Virus record (IMG/VR): IMGVR_UViG_3300035494_000066
DNA from: a virus
Lineage: Duplodnaviria; Heunggongvirae; Uroviricota; Caudoviricetes
Length of the DNA: 64,000 bases
Reading direction: 5' to 3' (one strand)
Shown: piece after piece, positions 16,975 through 25,853 of the stretch
Layout: each line of letters begins with the position of its first letter
Position numbering within the stretch: the stretch's first letter is position 1
Position numbers and translations under genes: made by a program
Notes under the pieces: generated by a model
Database searches by the model: none
Told to the model about the DNA's origin: nothing
The model's input: only the letters and a program-made list of their open reading frames with translations

Positions 16975-18672
16975 TTACCCTTGCATTATATTAGTTATAC
17001 CAGCTGCTTCGAGCAACTGCTTGTTTTCACCTGATGCAACAGCAACTTTTATAGCATCACCGTACTTGTCAGCGGCCGATACTAACCTTAAGTAGTCTGC
17101 TACTTCTTTATTAACTGTTTCGAGGTTGCTAGCAAACACCATTATGCCCATTTTATCAGCAGGTACGAATGTCGATGGTGAAATGTTTGCATTTAATAAA
17201 AATAACTGCTCTCGACTCAATTGATTAAACAACGCTATATACAGTCCTGCTACCTTGTCGTAATCTGTGCATGTGCTAATTCGATTTTCAACTGTTGTTG
17301 CTATATCCAAAAATGCTGCTGGCATATCAGAGTACACACCGTACGCCGGGACATCGTATGTAACAATAAGATCACCGGTGATTGGGTCTGTTTCAGTTAC
17401 AGTGAATTCGCCCTGAAACAATCGCGATATTAAGTTTACTTCAGCTACAATAAGATCTGTGTCGTTACTGCTATTCGTGTTAACATATTGTGCGAAGTAC
17501 TCTGCATTAACCCCAGCCAAGCTACCGATCATATCGTTAATGACAATATTCCCATACTCACCAGTGCCGCCGCCGTACGATTCTGAAATGACATCTGTAA
17601 CAGAATCATCTATCATATCCGTAACAGAGTTTAGCTCAGACATGTCGTCGACAGTATTCATACTCAGAAGGACTGTGCCGAGAGCACTGTAACTTTCTAC
17701 TTCAGTTAAGTTTCCGATTTGTTGTAGTAACACCCCTAGCTCATCTAGTGTATTAAATCGATTAAATTCGTGACTTAGTGGGAACAAAATTTCGGCGATA
17801 TTCAAGTCGCTTAGCGATGACACAGGCGTTAGGATACCAAAGTACTCTGTAACTAATTTCATTACACTTTCCGAGCTACACTGCGCTAATATACTTCGAA
17901 CTAGTGACGGTTTTGCTTCAAACAAGTTAGTACCCGACAACCCAGTTGCTGCAAGCAATTTATCTACCTTAGTAATTTCTAGCAGCTGGTTATCGTATAA
18001 CTCCATGATAACCATTGAAGGGTGTCCTAAGTAGTTAAGTGCACTAAAATTGCCATAACGTCCGAGGTTAACGAGATCCTCTGCTAGTAAGTCTAGTCTA
18101 GACGATAATTGTGTAAATCCTGCAGTTGCTATACTACTATAGTCCGAGTATATACCCGTGCCAACAGCAGCAATCGACGTTTTTGCCCGCGACACTGACT
18201 TCATATATGACGCACTCAGTGACGAAAAACCCTGAACACGAGCAATTAACGAAACAAAACCACTTAAGTCACCGTGTCCTAAGTACTCGGCCGCGCGAGA
18301 CTGTAAAAACACATCTACACGCGGATACATCGATTCGAGATAGCTAACTGCAAACGGTGCATACGACGATCCGATCTTATTATAATACTCGTAATCAGGT
18401 AACAGAGTTGTGCTAGCAACATTGTACTCTGCTGCACCCGGGGCGACACCTGTAACCCATGGCTTTGTACTAGCGCCTAGCTGATTGAGTAAAAAATACG
18501 GACTAGCCGTGTCTATAGCCGGTGCCAATTGTATTGCCTCTTGTATCGCCGCAATCACAGGTGTTTCTGTCCACTGCTGGATCGACGCAACTACATTTGG
18601 ATTTAGTGATACTCCGCGGTGTTCAGTTAACCCCGAAGCTGCAATCAGCGATGCTGCTGACAGTTCGATCAT
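16975..18672 (-). CDS. large hypothetical protein, possibly baseplate/tail associated
   Basis: 565 aa directly downstream of the PAAR gene. Confidence 0.55.
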   Translation of the reverse strand: MIELSAASLIAASGLTEHRGVSLNPNVVASIQQWTETPVIAAIQEAIQLAPAIDTASPYFLLNQLGASTKPWVTGVAPGAAEYNVASTTLLPDYEYYNKIGSSYAPFAVSYLESMYPRVDVFLQSRAAEYLGHGDLSGFVSLIARVQGFSSLSASYMKSVSRAKTSIAAVGTGIYSDYSSIATAGFTQLSSRLDLLAEDLVNLGRYGNFSALNYLGHPSMVIMELYDNQLLEITKVDKLLAATGLSGTNLFEAKPSLVRSILAQCSSESVMKLVTEYFGILTPVSSLSDLNIAEILFPLSHEFNRFNTLDELGVLLQQIGNLTEVESYSALGTVLLSMNTVDDMSELNSVTDMIDDSVTDVISESYGGGTGEYGNIVINDMIGSLAGVNAEYFAQYVNTNSSNDTDLIVAEVNLISRLFQGEFTVTETDPITGDLIVTYDVPAYGVYSDMPAAFLDIATTVENRISTCTDYDKVAGLYIALFNQLSREQLFLLNANISPSTFVPADKMGIMVFASNLETVNKEVADYLRLVSAADKYGDAIKVAVASGENKQLLEAAGITNIMQG

Positions 18673-18673
18673 A

Positions 18674-18961
18674 TCATCTTCCTATAATTACAGTTACATC
18701 ACCTGCGGCCCGTGTGTGGCCGCAGGAATCGCCTGCGCCAACATACACTGCCGGCTTGTTGCCTACAAAAACCGTTGCGCTACCTTCCGCAACAATTGCG
18801 CCACAGTGGCTAGCACAGCCGTCTGATCCACAACAGTCGTGCGGAGTTACCGGAGATCCGAGATACGCTGCTGGCTGTCCGCCGACAACAACAGTATCAA
18901 CACCTTTGATAACTGCGCCGCCTGCGGAATTAATGTCGCCTACCCGAACTACTACTGGCAT
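18674..18961 (-). CDS. PAAR-domain spike-tip protein (T4 gp5.4-like)
   Basis: RVGD, PAAY, VTPH, EGSATV...KPAV, CGH motifs. Confidence 0.9.
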   Translation of the reverse strand: MPVVVRVGDINSAGGAVIKGVDTVVVGGQPAAYLGSPVTPHDCCGSDGCASHCGAIVAEGSATVFVGNKPAVYVGAGDSCGHTRAAGDVTVIIGR

Positions 18962-18964
18962 GTC

Positions 18965-19264
18965 TTACGGCCTTGCAATTTCAATGCCGCTTGTTGCTTT
19001 GATATACGCATTTGCAATATCAGTTACCGGTTCAGCTAGCATTATAACGTTGCTTGTGCGCAAATACACCAGAGTTGTATCCGACACTGTCATGAAACTT
19101 TGTCCGAAGCTTAACCCTTCTTTCCCTGGGATAATACTCACCGGCTGAGTAATCACTAACACACCGTTGTCTTCCGGAGTATGTACTTTTGCAACCACTT
19201 CTTCGCCGTTTACTAATTTTGCTGCAACAATGTCGCCTTTTTTAAATACTCCAGTTTGTAACAT
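18965..19264 (-). CDS. conserved hypothetical protein (small beta-barrel)
   Basis: KL.NGEEVVAK pattern recurrent in T4-like phages. Confidence 0.7.
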   Translation of the reverse strand: MLQTGVFKKGDIVAAKLVNGEEVVAKVHTPEDNGVLVITQPVSIIPGKEGLSFGQSFMTVSDTTLVYLRTSNVIMLAEPVTDIANAYIKATSGIEIARP

Positions 19265-19514
19265 CGATATCTCCTAGTGTGTCATTTAATTCAGTGTCGG
19301 ACAATTTTGATAGTCCAGTAAATCCGCCGTGTACTGCAAGTTTGCCGTTCTTAAAAATTTGCGGAACGCTACGAAGACCTAAGTCAGCTAGTGTTTGTCG
19401 GGCTGCTTGATCTTCTTCTATATTAACTACATTAAACTCAATCCCTTTGCGTGTTAGTAGATCTTTTGCTCTGTCGCAATATGGGCAGTTTGTTTTTGAA
19501 TATACTTCTACCAT
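19242..19514 (-). CDS. grx: glutaredoxin (RNR electron donor, T4 NrdC-like)
   Basis: CPYC active site, SVPQIF, GGF. Confidence 0.92.
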   Translation of the reverse strand: MVEVYSKTNCPYCDRAKDLLTRKGIEFNVVNIEEDQAARQTLADLGLRSVPQIFKNGKLAVHGGFTGLSKLSDTELNDTLGDIDVTNWSI

Positions 19515-20032
19515 ACTCTCTCTTTGATTAACTTTGTTATATTTTCAACTGCATGTTCGTCGGCATCTAGTTCAGTATACGGAACGTTGTGTTGATCAAG
19601 TTGTGCTTTAATCATACAGTCAATTTCTTTTGCTTGATCTTCGGTTTGGTTTCGTCCGACAGGGTTATAAGGTTTTTTTCTGTTTAAAAATATATTTATA
19701 TTGCTGTAGCTGTTGTATACTTCCCATACTAACTTTTCATAATAGTTAGGAAAATAGTCAGGGGCTGCATAGTGGATCCCTAGTAACAGCGGACTGTCTG
19801 TTACAATGACATCCACTTTGTTCCGGAGTCGCCACATTCTCCGATTTTGCTTTGCAGTAATATACAATTGGTCTTCTAACTTTGACTCTGCTTTTTCCCA
19901 TGTTAAGTCTTTTGCATATTCTTGCACTAACTCAACATTTCGATTGTCACGCTTCAAGTGATAAAAGACCCCAGATGCTGTTGTGCTTTTACCTGTTCCC
20001 GGGCCGCCGAATAAATTAACTACAACTGTCAT
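19508..20032 (-). CDS. P-loop NTPase/kinase (AAA_28/NadR-like)
   Basis: GGPGTGKST Walker A, EYAK, TDSP. Confidence 0.8.
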   Translation of the reverse strand: MTVVVNLFGGPGTGKSTTASGVFYHLKRDNRNVELVQEYAKDLTWEKAESKLEDQLYITAKQNRRMWRLRNKVDVIVTDSPLLLGIHYAAPDYFPNYYEKLVWEVYNSYSNINIFLNRKKPYNPVGRNQTEDQAKEIDCMIKAQLDQHNVPYTELDADEHAVENITKLIKERVW

Positions 20033-21153
20033 TATAATGAAAGCCCTTTAAGGGTGTCTTCTGTAACGTCTTGTTTGACGCCGCCAATGATATATGAACT
20101 TATTTCTGCTTCTTGAGGGGCCGTTTGAACATCGTTGCTTCCAATCCAAGACTGGGTCCACGGAAGCGGATTCGATCCTGCTTTATACGGGCATGGTAAA
20201 TCTACTGCTTGCATTCGCTTTGCTGTGATATAATTCGCATAGTGCGATAGCAAATCAACATTCAAGCCGATGATCGAACCGTCTTTAAAGAGATATTTCG
20301 ACCAATCTACTTCTTGGTCGCGAGCCTCGATGTACATTTCCACGCACTGCGATTCGGTTTCTTTTCGTATTTTTGCAAAATCCGGATCTTCTTTTACTAG
20401 CAATTTTAAGAGTTGCTGGGTTCCTGCTAAGTGCAAGTTCTCGTCTCGCGCAATAAATCTAATGATCTTTGCGTTACCTTCCATTTTAGAAAGTTCTGCA
20501 AACGCCCACGAGCAAGCAAACGACACATAGAACCGAACACCTTCTAGTATATTAACACTCATAATCGCTAACCAGAGGCGCTTCTTAAGCTCGTACATGT
20601 CAACGACCACAGTTTCGCCATTTACAGTATGTGTGCCTGGGCCTAACATTTGATACCACATACTCATCTCGATAAACTCGTCGTAATATCGTGTAATGTC
20701 AGTAGCGCAATCTACGATCTCTTTAACATCGAGCATCGAGTCGAACACTTTTGACGGGTCCGAGTATACATTGCGCAAAATGTGAGTATACGAGCGGCTG
20801 TGGATTGTTTCACTAAATGCCCATGTCTCGAACCAAGTTTCTAGTTCGGGTAAACTAGTAATCGGAAGAAACGCAAGGTTAGGGCTTCGTCCTTGCACTG
20901 TATCTAGTAGTATTTGTCGCTTCAGGTTACTAGTAAAAATGTGCTGTTCGTGCGGCAATAGGTCCTTAAAATCTTTAGAGTCGCGACTTAGGTCAACTTC
21001 GTCGGGTCGCCAAAAGAACCCGAGTTGTTTATCAGTTAGCTTGTCAAATTGACGATACTTTAATAAATCGTATCGCTGAACTTCTACTGCTCCGTCAAAG
21101 AACATATTCCGCGATAAATTGTTTTTATTGTTTCTTTCAAAAACGCTTTGCAT
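20032..21153 (-). CDS. nrdB: ribonucleotide reductase class Ia beta subunit
   Basis: FFWRPDEV, LLDTVQGR, ETIHSRSY, EGVRFYVSF, RDENLH, VQTAPQEAEISSY. Confidence 0.97.
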   Translation of the reverse strand: MQSVFERNNKNNLSRNMFFDGAVEVQRYDLLKYRQFDKLTDKQLGFFWRPDEVDLSRDSKDFKDLLPHEQHIFTSNLKRQILLDTVQGRSPNLAFLPITSLPELETWFETWAFSETIHSRSYTHILRNVYSDPSKVFDSMLDVKEIVDCATDITRYYDEFIEMSMWYQMLGPGTHTVNGETVVVDMYELKKRLWLAIMSVNILEGVRFYVSFACSWAFAELSKMEGNAKIIRFIARDENLHLAGTQQLLKLLVKEDPDFAKIRKETESQCVEMYIEARDQEVDWSKYLFKDGSIIGLNVDLLSHYANYITAKRMQAVDLPCPYKAGSNPLPWTQSWIGSNDVQTAPQEAEISSYIIGGVKQDVTEDTLKGLSL

Positions 21154-21163
21154 TCGTACTCCG

Positions 21164-21562
21164 TTAGACTATTTCGTTGCTTGTGCTTTTTCCAATCCGG
21201 ATATGCTTTTTACCAAAAAGCCGCACAGCATGGTAAACCCAAATCTGTCGAATCTTTAACATCCCGTCGGTGTCACACCAGCGGATCATTTCTTTATTAC
21301 ATTCTTTAAACCACTGTTTATCTAGTAGCCCGAGCCTAATAAGCTGGAATAGTGCATCATGTACTGCGCTCCCTCGCATAAACGACTTAGTGTCAACTGC
21401 ACCAGAAGCACCATCCCAGGCGTAACCTGCTTGTAACGTCAACAAACCAGACGGTGTTAACGTTATCCATTCCGTTGATATTAAAGTATCTGGTTTGATT
21501 TGAGTTTGGAAAGTACAAGTTTCGTCTATCTTGTACTTCCACTTAATTTTAGTGTATTTCAT
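21164..21562 (-). CDS. DUF1353-like protein
   Basis: GYAWDGAS, GSAVHDAL, ...AVRLFG. Confidence 0.75.
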   Translation of the reverse strand: MKYTKIKWKYKIDETCTFQTQIKPDTLISTEWITLTPSGLLTLQAGYAWDGASGAVDTKSFMRGSAVHDALFQLIRLGLLDKQWFKECNKEMIRWCDTDGMLKIRQIWVYHAVRLFGKKHIRIGKSTSNEIV

Positions 21563-21623
21563 AGTAAACTACCTTTTTGTAGTTTACTTATCTCGTGCTA
21601 CTTATGTAGATTACCAACAGGAT

Positions 21624-22712
21624 TTATACTTTACAGTTGTCGCAGTCGTCATCGTCGTCAATTGTATCTGTTGGTAAGTCGGGCTGATCTACTACTTTTA
21701 CTTCGCCCTGGCCGTCGAATGTGTTATTATAGTATAGCTGCTTGCCGCCGAACTTATAGAACATAACAACATGTTTTAACAGCTCGCTCATTGGAATTTT
21801 TTCGTCTTCGTAGTGCTCGGGGTTATAACTAGTATTCACGCTTATACCCTGGTCGACGTGCTTCTGTAACACTGCGCAGATTTTCAAATACCCTTCTGGG
21901 CTTTTTTGATCCCATAGTAGATCGTACTTGTTCTTAAGCTTTCTGTATTCGGGAACAACTTGTCGCAGCTGTCCGTCTTTGCTTGCTTTAACAGACACGA
22001 AGCTTCTAGGTGGCTCTATGCCGTTTGTACTGTTGCTAATCTGACTAGACGTCTCACTCGGCATAAGTGCCATCAGCGTCGAATTTCGGATTCCGTGCTC
22101 TTTTAAGTCTGAGCGCAAAGCAGGCCATGGCATCCGTTCCACATGCGGAACAAGCTCGTCAACATCTTTCTTGTACGTCATGTTGGGTGTCACGCCTAGA
22201 CTATATTTTGTTTGATTAGATAGCGGACATGCGCCTTTTTCCTTTGCAAGATCGTTACTAGCTTTAATTAGATAGTAACTCCATGCTTCAGCCCATTCGT
22301 CGATCAAAGCAAGACCTTCCGGAGTAATGTCCTGGTAGTTCAAGCCGTTCTTAGCTAGCCAGTATGCAAAGTTAATAATCCCAGCGCCTAGCGGACGGCG
22401 ATTCATAGTAGCATGTTTTGCTGCTAGCACAGGGTACTCTTGGTAATCTAGTAGTTCATCTAGCGCCCGTACAATCAAGTCTGCTAATCGCTCAAAGTCG
22501 TGTTTAGACTTAACTACGCCCCAGTTAGTAGCAGCTAACGTACATAACGCAATCTCCCCGTCGGGGTCATGTAGATCGTTTAACGGCTTAGTAGGAAGGT
22601 CGATCTCTGCACAATTATGCACTAGCACATCATTTGCATAAAAGTTGTGATTGCCTGCCACCGTAATGTCGTATACTTCTTCTTTGTCTTTTAATTTTGT
22701 AATTCTTAGCAT
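21624..22712 (-). CDS. nrdA: NrdA C-terminal fragment preceded by a 33-aa split-intein C-half
   Basis: Start ATG 22712 with SD GAGGA; MLRI...VYDITV...NFYANDVLVHN/CAEI then NrdA (LCTL, MPSETSSQISNSTNGIEP, DQGISVN, KQLYY, CDNCKV). Confidence 0.95.
   Translation of the reverse strand: MLRITKLKDKEEVYDITVAGNHNFYANDVLVHNCAEIDLPTKPLNDLHDPDGEIALCTLAATNWGVVKSKHDFERLADLIVRALDELLDYQEYPVLAAKHATMNRRPLGAGIINFAYWLAKNGLNYQDITPEGLALIDEWAEAWSYYLIKASNDLAKEKGACPLSNQTKYSLGVTPNMTYKKDVDELVPHVERMPWPALRSDLKEHGIRNSTLMALMPSETSSQISNSTNGIEPPRSFVSVKASKDGQLRQVVPEYRKLKNKYDLLWDQKSPEGYLKICAVLQKHVDQGISVNTSYNPEHYEDEKIPMSELLKHVVMFYKFGGKQLYYNNTFDGQGEVKVVDQPDLPTDTIDDDDDCDNCKV
22614..22712 (-). mobile_element. split intein IntC of NrdA (33 aa)
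   Basis: Block F VYDI, block G HN followed by extein Cys+1. Confidence 0.93.
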
Positions 22713-23692
22713 AGTTTTCCTCTTACCCACCCCTCTGGGATAGGTTCGTTTTTTGGCCACGTCTTGTTCGTGACTCCGTTGTTAATTGTGCACTTATTCT
22801 GTTGTGCTTCTGCTAGTTTTTTTCTGTGTTCGGTGCTTCTGTAGTAAGGATTATATTTTACCTCAAATCCAACTTTTTTACTTGCATATATAACAAACTC
22901 ATCAATGCAACCAAATCGGTTTTTTATTATCGTACTAGCGTTTATTTTTTTCTTAAATTTGCTCATGACGTATTCTTTCAAAGCAGTATTAAACGGCTTA
23001 AACAAAAACATACCGCCTTCGACACAAACATCCATATTGTCTTTAAAAAAATCTAATAGGAATTCTTGTGTTGCAAATTCTTTATAGTTGTTATTCGATT
23101 TACCGAAAGACGGCTTCCTATTTTTTAACTCAGATTCTGATGCCTTTCGACCTGCTGTTATGTGCACCCATTCGCCTGATTTTACCTTAGGGTGATTAAC
23201 CGACACTACCCCTATAGATTTTCCAGTGCTTGCGTCCTTAGCTGGCATTGTTCCTTTTCTTGCATTCGATATAGACTTACGGCCTTCTGCTGTTTGCCAA
23301 CCATGTATATGTCTAAATTCGCTGCTATTTTGCCGGATCCATTTATAGCCATTGAGTATCGGTTTTGTTAACCTCAATTTAGTTACTTTGTCTATGTGCT
23401 GTCTATTCTTAAGTCCGTTTAACACATAACGAACAGCTAACATATCACAACGGGTTCCAAACGCTTTATACCTTAATTTATGCACAAAAACATGCTCTTC
23501 CGGAAGTAACATAACCAAATTTTCTGGTGTGTCTTCGCCGCCTAACGATTTAGGGACAATGTGGTGCATTTCAGTATATAGTTTTGTTTTGCTAAGCCTA
23601 AGGTCATTTGAATTTCTTAGTTTAATACGATCTATAGGTTTTGTCGACTTGCAATAATCAATGAATGTTTTGTGTAATTTTATATAATCCAT
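22706..23692 (-). CDS. free-standing HNH homing endonuclease (MobE-like N-terminal HNH)
   Basis: EMHHIVPKSLGGEDTPENLVMLLPEEHVFVH; sits between the nrdA halves. Confidence 0.9.
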   Translation of the reverse strand: MDYIKLHKTFIDYCKSTKPIDRIKLRNSNDLRLSKTKLYTEMHHIVPKSLGGEDTPENLVMLLPEEHVFVHKLRYKAFGTRCDMLAVRYVLNGLKNRQHIDKVTKLRLTKPILNGYKWIRQNSSEFRHIHGWQTAEGRKSISNARKGTMPAKDASTGKSIGVVSVNHPKVKSGEWVHITAGRKASESELKNRKPSFGKSNNNYKEFATQEFLLDFFKDNMDVCVEGGMFLFKPFNTALKEYVMSKFKKKINASTIIKNRFGCIDEFVIYASKKVGFEVKYNPYYRSTEHRKKLAEAQQNKCTINNGVTNKTWPKNEPIPEGWVRGKLC

Positions 23693-23701
23693 AGTAAGTT
23701 A

Positions 23702-23739
23702 ATCTCTGTACACAGTTATTTATCGTTGTGTACAGAGAT
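23702..23739 (-). promoter_or_regulatory. 13-bp perfect hairpin with late promoter ATAAATA in its loop, just upstream of the HNH start
   Basis: ATCTCTGTACACA-acgataaataac-TGTGTACAGAGAT. Confidence 0.8.
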
Positions 23740-23747
23740 ACAACTAC

Positions 23748-25382
23748 TTAAGCGATTTTCAAAACATCATCTTCGCGCAAGTCTTTAGCGCACACATACC
23801 CGCGGTTTTCAGTGTATACCTTGTGATCCGGTGTACACACCAAACGTTTGCCTGTGTCTTCGTCGACGATTTCGAGCAGTTCTGCAGACGGTGATGTTTT
23901 TGCAAATGCTTCGATTTCTTTGTACTCGTCCGCTCCGGTGTCAGTGTTATAAGACTTAACTAATACAGTTTCGTGTTTTACCATCAACGCGGCTAAGTCT
24001 TCAATAGCAACAGTATACTCATTGCCATCCACTTTAACATCAATGTTTGTATCAGCAGTAACACACAAATTCGACTGGCGGATCGGAGCAACTGATTCAA
24101 TAAATGCACCATGTGTGTTTGCGTGATCAACATTTTGCAAATAAATCCGGCCAGTGTCCTTGCGTTCGGTTAAGTATGCTTGGAATAAGTCAATAGCTTT
24201 TACTGTTTTTTTCCGGATATCCGGATTCTTTTCAGCTGCTTCGTAGATCTCTTTAAATTTAGCCTGATCTGCAAAAAACGCATCATACAGCCCCGGGATA
24301 TCTGACGGGCTGAACAGTGTGATGTTCCCACCTGTTAACAAGCGCTCATACATTAGCTTATTAAACTGAACACCGTAATCAAGTTTGCGGACTCGGTTAT
24401 CTTCTGTTCCTTTGTTGTTCTTTAGTACAATCAAGTCTTCAGCTTCTAAGTGCCAAATCGGAAAATACAACGTAGCAGCGCCGCCGCGTACACCGCCTTG
24501 AGAGCAACTCTTTACTGCAGTCTGGAAGTGCTTGTAAAACGGAATTACCCCGGTGTGATACGCATCACCCTTCCGAATCGGACTTCCTATTGCCCGGATA
24601 GCACCGGCACCGATGCCAATACCTGCTTTCTGACTAACGTATTTTACGATCGCAGCCGACGTTGCGTTAATAGAATCCAGACTGTCTGCAGTTTCAATTA
24701 GTACACACGAGCTAAACTGACGTTGCGGAGTACGAGCACCTGCCATGATCGGAGTTGGCATGCTAATCTCAAAATTCGACATTGCGTCATAAAAATCTTT
24801 TACATACTTCAGTCGTGTTTCAGCTGGGTACTTTGAGAAGAGCGTAGCTGCAATTAGAATGTATGCGACTTGCGGAGTTTCGAAGATTTCACCGGAAGCG
24901 CGATTCTGTACCAAGTACTTCCCGCGGAATTGCTCCATTGCAACATACGTTAGGTTTTCATCGCGATCGTGTTTGATAAACTTCTCAATTTGATCCCACT
25001 CTGCTTCAGTATAATCGCTTAGCAGACTACTGTCGTACCAGCCGGCAGCAACGTTCTTTTTAACAATGTCAAAAATATGAGGCGGTGTAAAAGATCGATA
25101 AATGCTTTTGCGCAAATGATAATTAATCAAGCGTCCAGCTGGGTATTGATAATTAGGAGTATCTTCCGAAATTAAGTCAGCTGCAGACTTAATTAATGTT
25201 TCCTGGATTTCAGCACTTGTTATTCCGTCATAAAACTGGATATGACTTTTAATTTCGATTTCACTAGGACTTACACCCGTGATGCCCTCACATGCATATA
25301 TTACAACCCGGTGAATCTTTTCTAGGTTTAAGTCTTCCCGCGACTTACTGCGTTTTACAATTTGAATTTGCTTCGGTGTCAT
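23748..25382 (-). CDS. nrdA: NrdA N-terminal fragment (ATP cone) ending in a 105-aa split-intein N-half
   Basis: ATP cone, PTPIMAG, QFSSCVLI, SQKAGIG, CSQGGVRGGA, RQSNL/CVTADT...CTPDH...; start 25382 has SD GAGG. Confidence 0.95.
   Translation of the reverse strand: MTPKQIQIVKRSKSREDLNLEKIHRVVIYACEGITGVSPSEIEIKSHIQFYDGITSAEIQETLIKSAADLISEDTPNYQYPAGRLINYHLRKSIYRSFTPPHIFDIVKKNVAAGWYDSSLLSDYTEAEWDQIEKFIKHDRDENLTYVAMEQFRGKYLVQNRASGEIFETPQVAYILIAATLFSKYPAETRLKYVKDFYDAMSNFEISMPTPIMAGARTPQRQFSSCVLIETADSLDSINATSAAIVKYVSQKAGIGIGAGAIRAIGSPIRKGDAYHTGVIPFYKHFQTAVKSCSQGGVRGGAATLYFPIWHLEAEDLIVLKNNKGTEDNRVRKLDYGVQFNKLMYERLLTGGNITLFSPSDIPGLYDAFFADQAKFKEIYEAAEKNPDIRKKTVKAIDLFQAYLTERKDTGRIYLQNVDHANTHGAFIESVAPIRQSNLCVTADTNIDVKVDGNEYTVAIEDLAALMVKHETVLVKSYNTDTGADEYKEIEAFAKTSPSAELLEIVDEDTGKRLVCTPDHKVYTENRGYVCAKDLREDDVLKIA
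23751..24065 (-). mobile_element. split intein IntN of NrdA (105 aa)
   Basis: Cys1, block B CTPDH, NRGYV.A.DL tail, then stop. Confidence 0.93.
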
Positions 25383-25406
25383 TGATTTCCTCAAAAAAAC
25401 TAAAAA

Positions 25407-25850
25407 TTAGTGTGTCAAACAGCTGAAATAGCTAGGAGTGTATTCGTTGCACACTATAATATTTGGTGTTGCTGCTTTAGACTCTATTACTTCCCCAGAT
25501 ACAAGGTTGAGCAACAATTCGTCAACCTGGACAATCAACTTAAGCTCGTTAGAGTCTCTTTCTCTAATAGATAATAACTTTAGAGTATTATACTGTTTGT
25601 GTTGCAAAAGAGCAAGAGTGTAGAACATACCAAGTCCAACACTAACCGGATCGTATACACCGTCTGCTAAAAGCTGCCACGGATCTGGCCAATTCTCAGT
25701 GAAGTCGGCGGAGTAGTACTGATTGCATTGTGGGGCTTTTTCCCACAATGCAACTATAGTTAGAATTTGTTCTTGTAACTCAATATTTTCAATCGAATTT
25801 CGTATCTTATGAAATTCAAGTAGTCTTTCAGTAACGCTTAATCCAAACAT
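25407..25850 (-). CDS. conserved hypothetical protein
   Basis: 147 aa; W..AP...WPDPWQL..D..Y...LGM.YTL pattern. Confidence 0.7.
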   Translation of the reverse strand: MFGLSVTERLLEFHKIRNSIENIELQEQILTIVALWEKAPQCNQYYSADFTENWPDPWQLLADGVYDPVSVGLGMFYTLALLQHKQYNTLKLLSIRERDSNELKLIVQVDELLLNLVSGEVIESKAATPNIIVCNEYTPSYFSCLTH

Positions 25851-25853
25851 AGA

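Noticed and set aside
22713-22760. ORF-track N-terminal extension MAKKRTYPRGVGKRKT on nrdA-C (similarly extended starts at 62392, 42120, 43340, 4356)
   Set aside because: These overlap upstream genes; downstream ATG/GTG codons with SD motifs or stop-start coupling fit better.
21624-25382. nrdA (and likewise terL) as a contiguous intein broken by sequencing frameshifts
   Set aside because: Clean stop codons, intergenic spacers with promoter motifs, separate start codons and stop/start overlaps indicate genuine separate genes.
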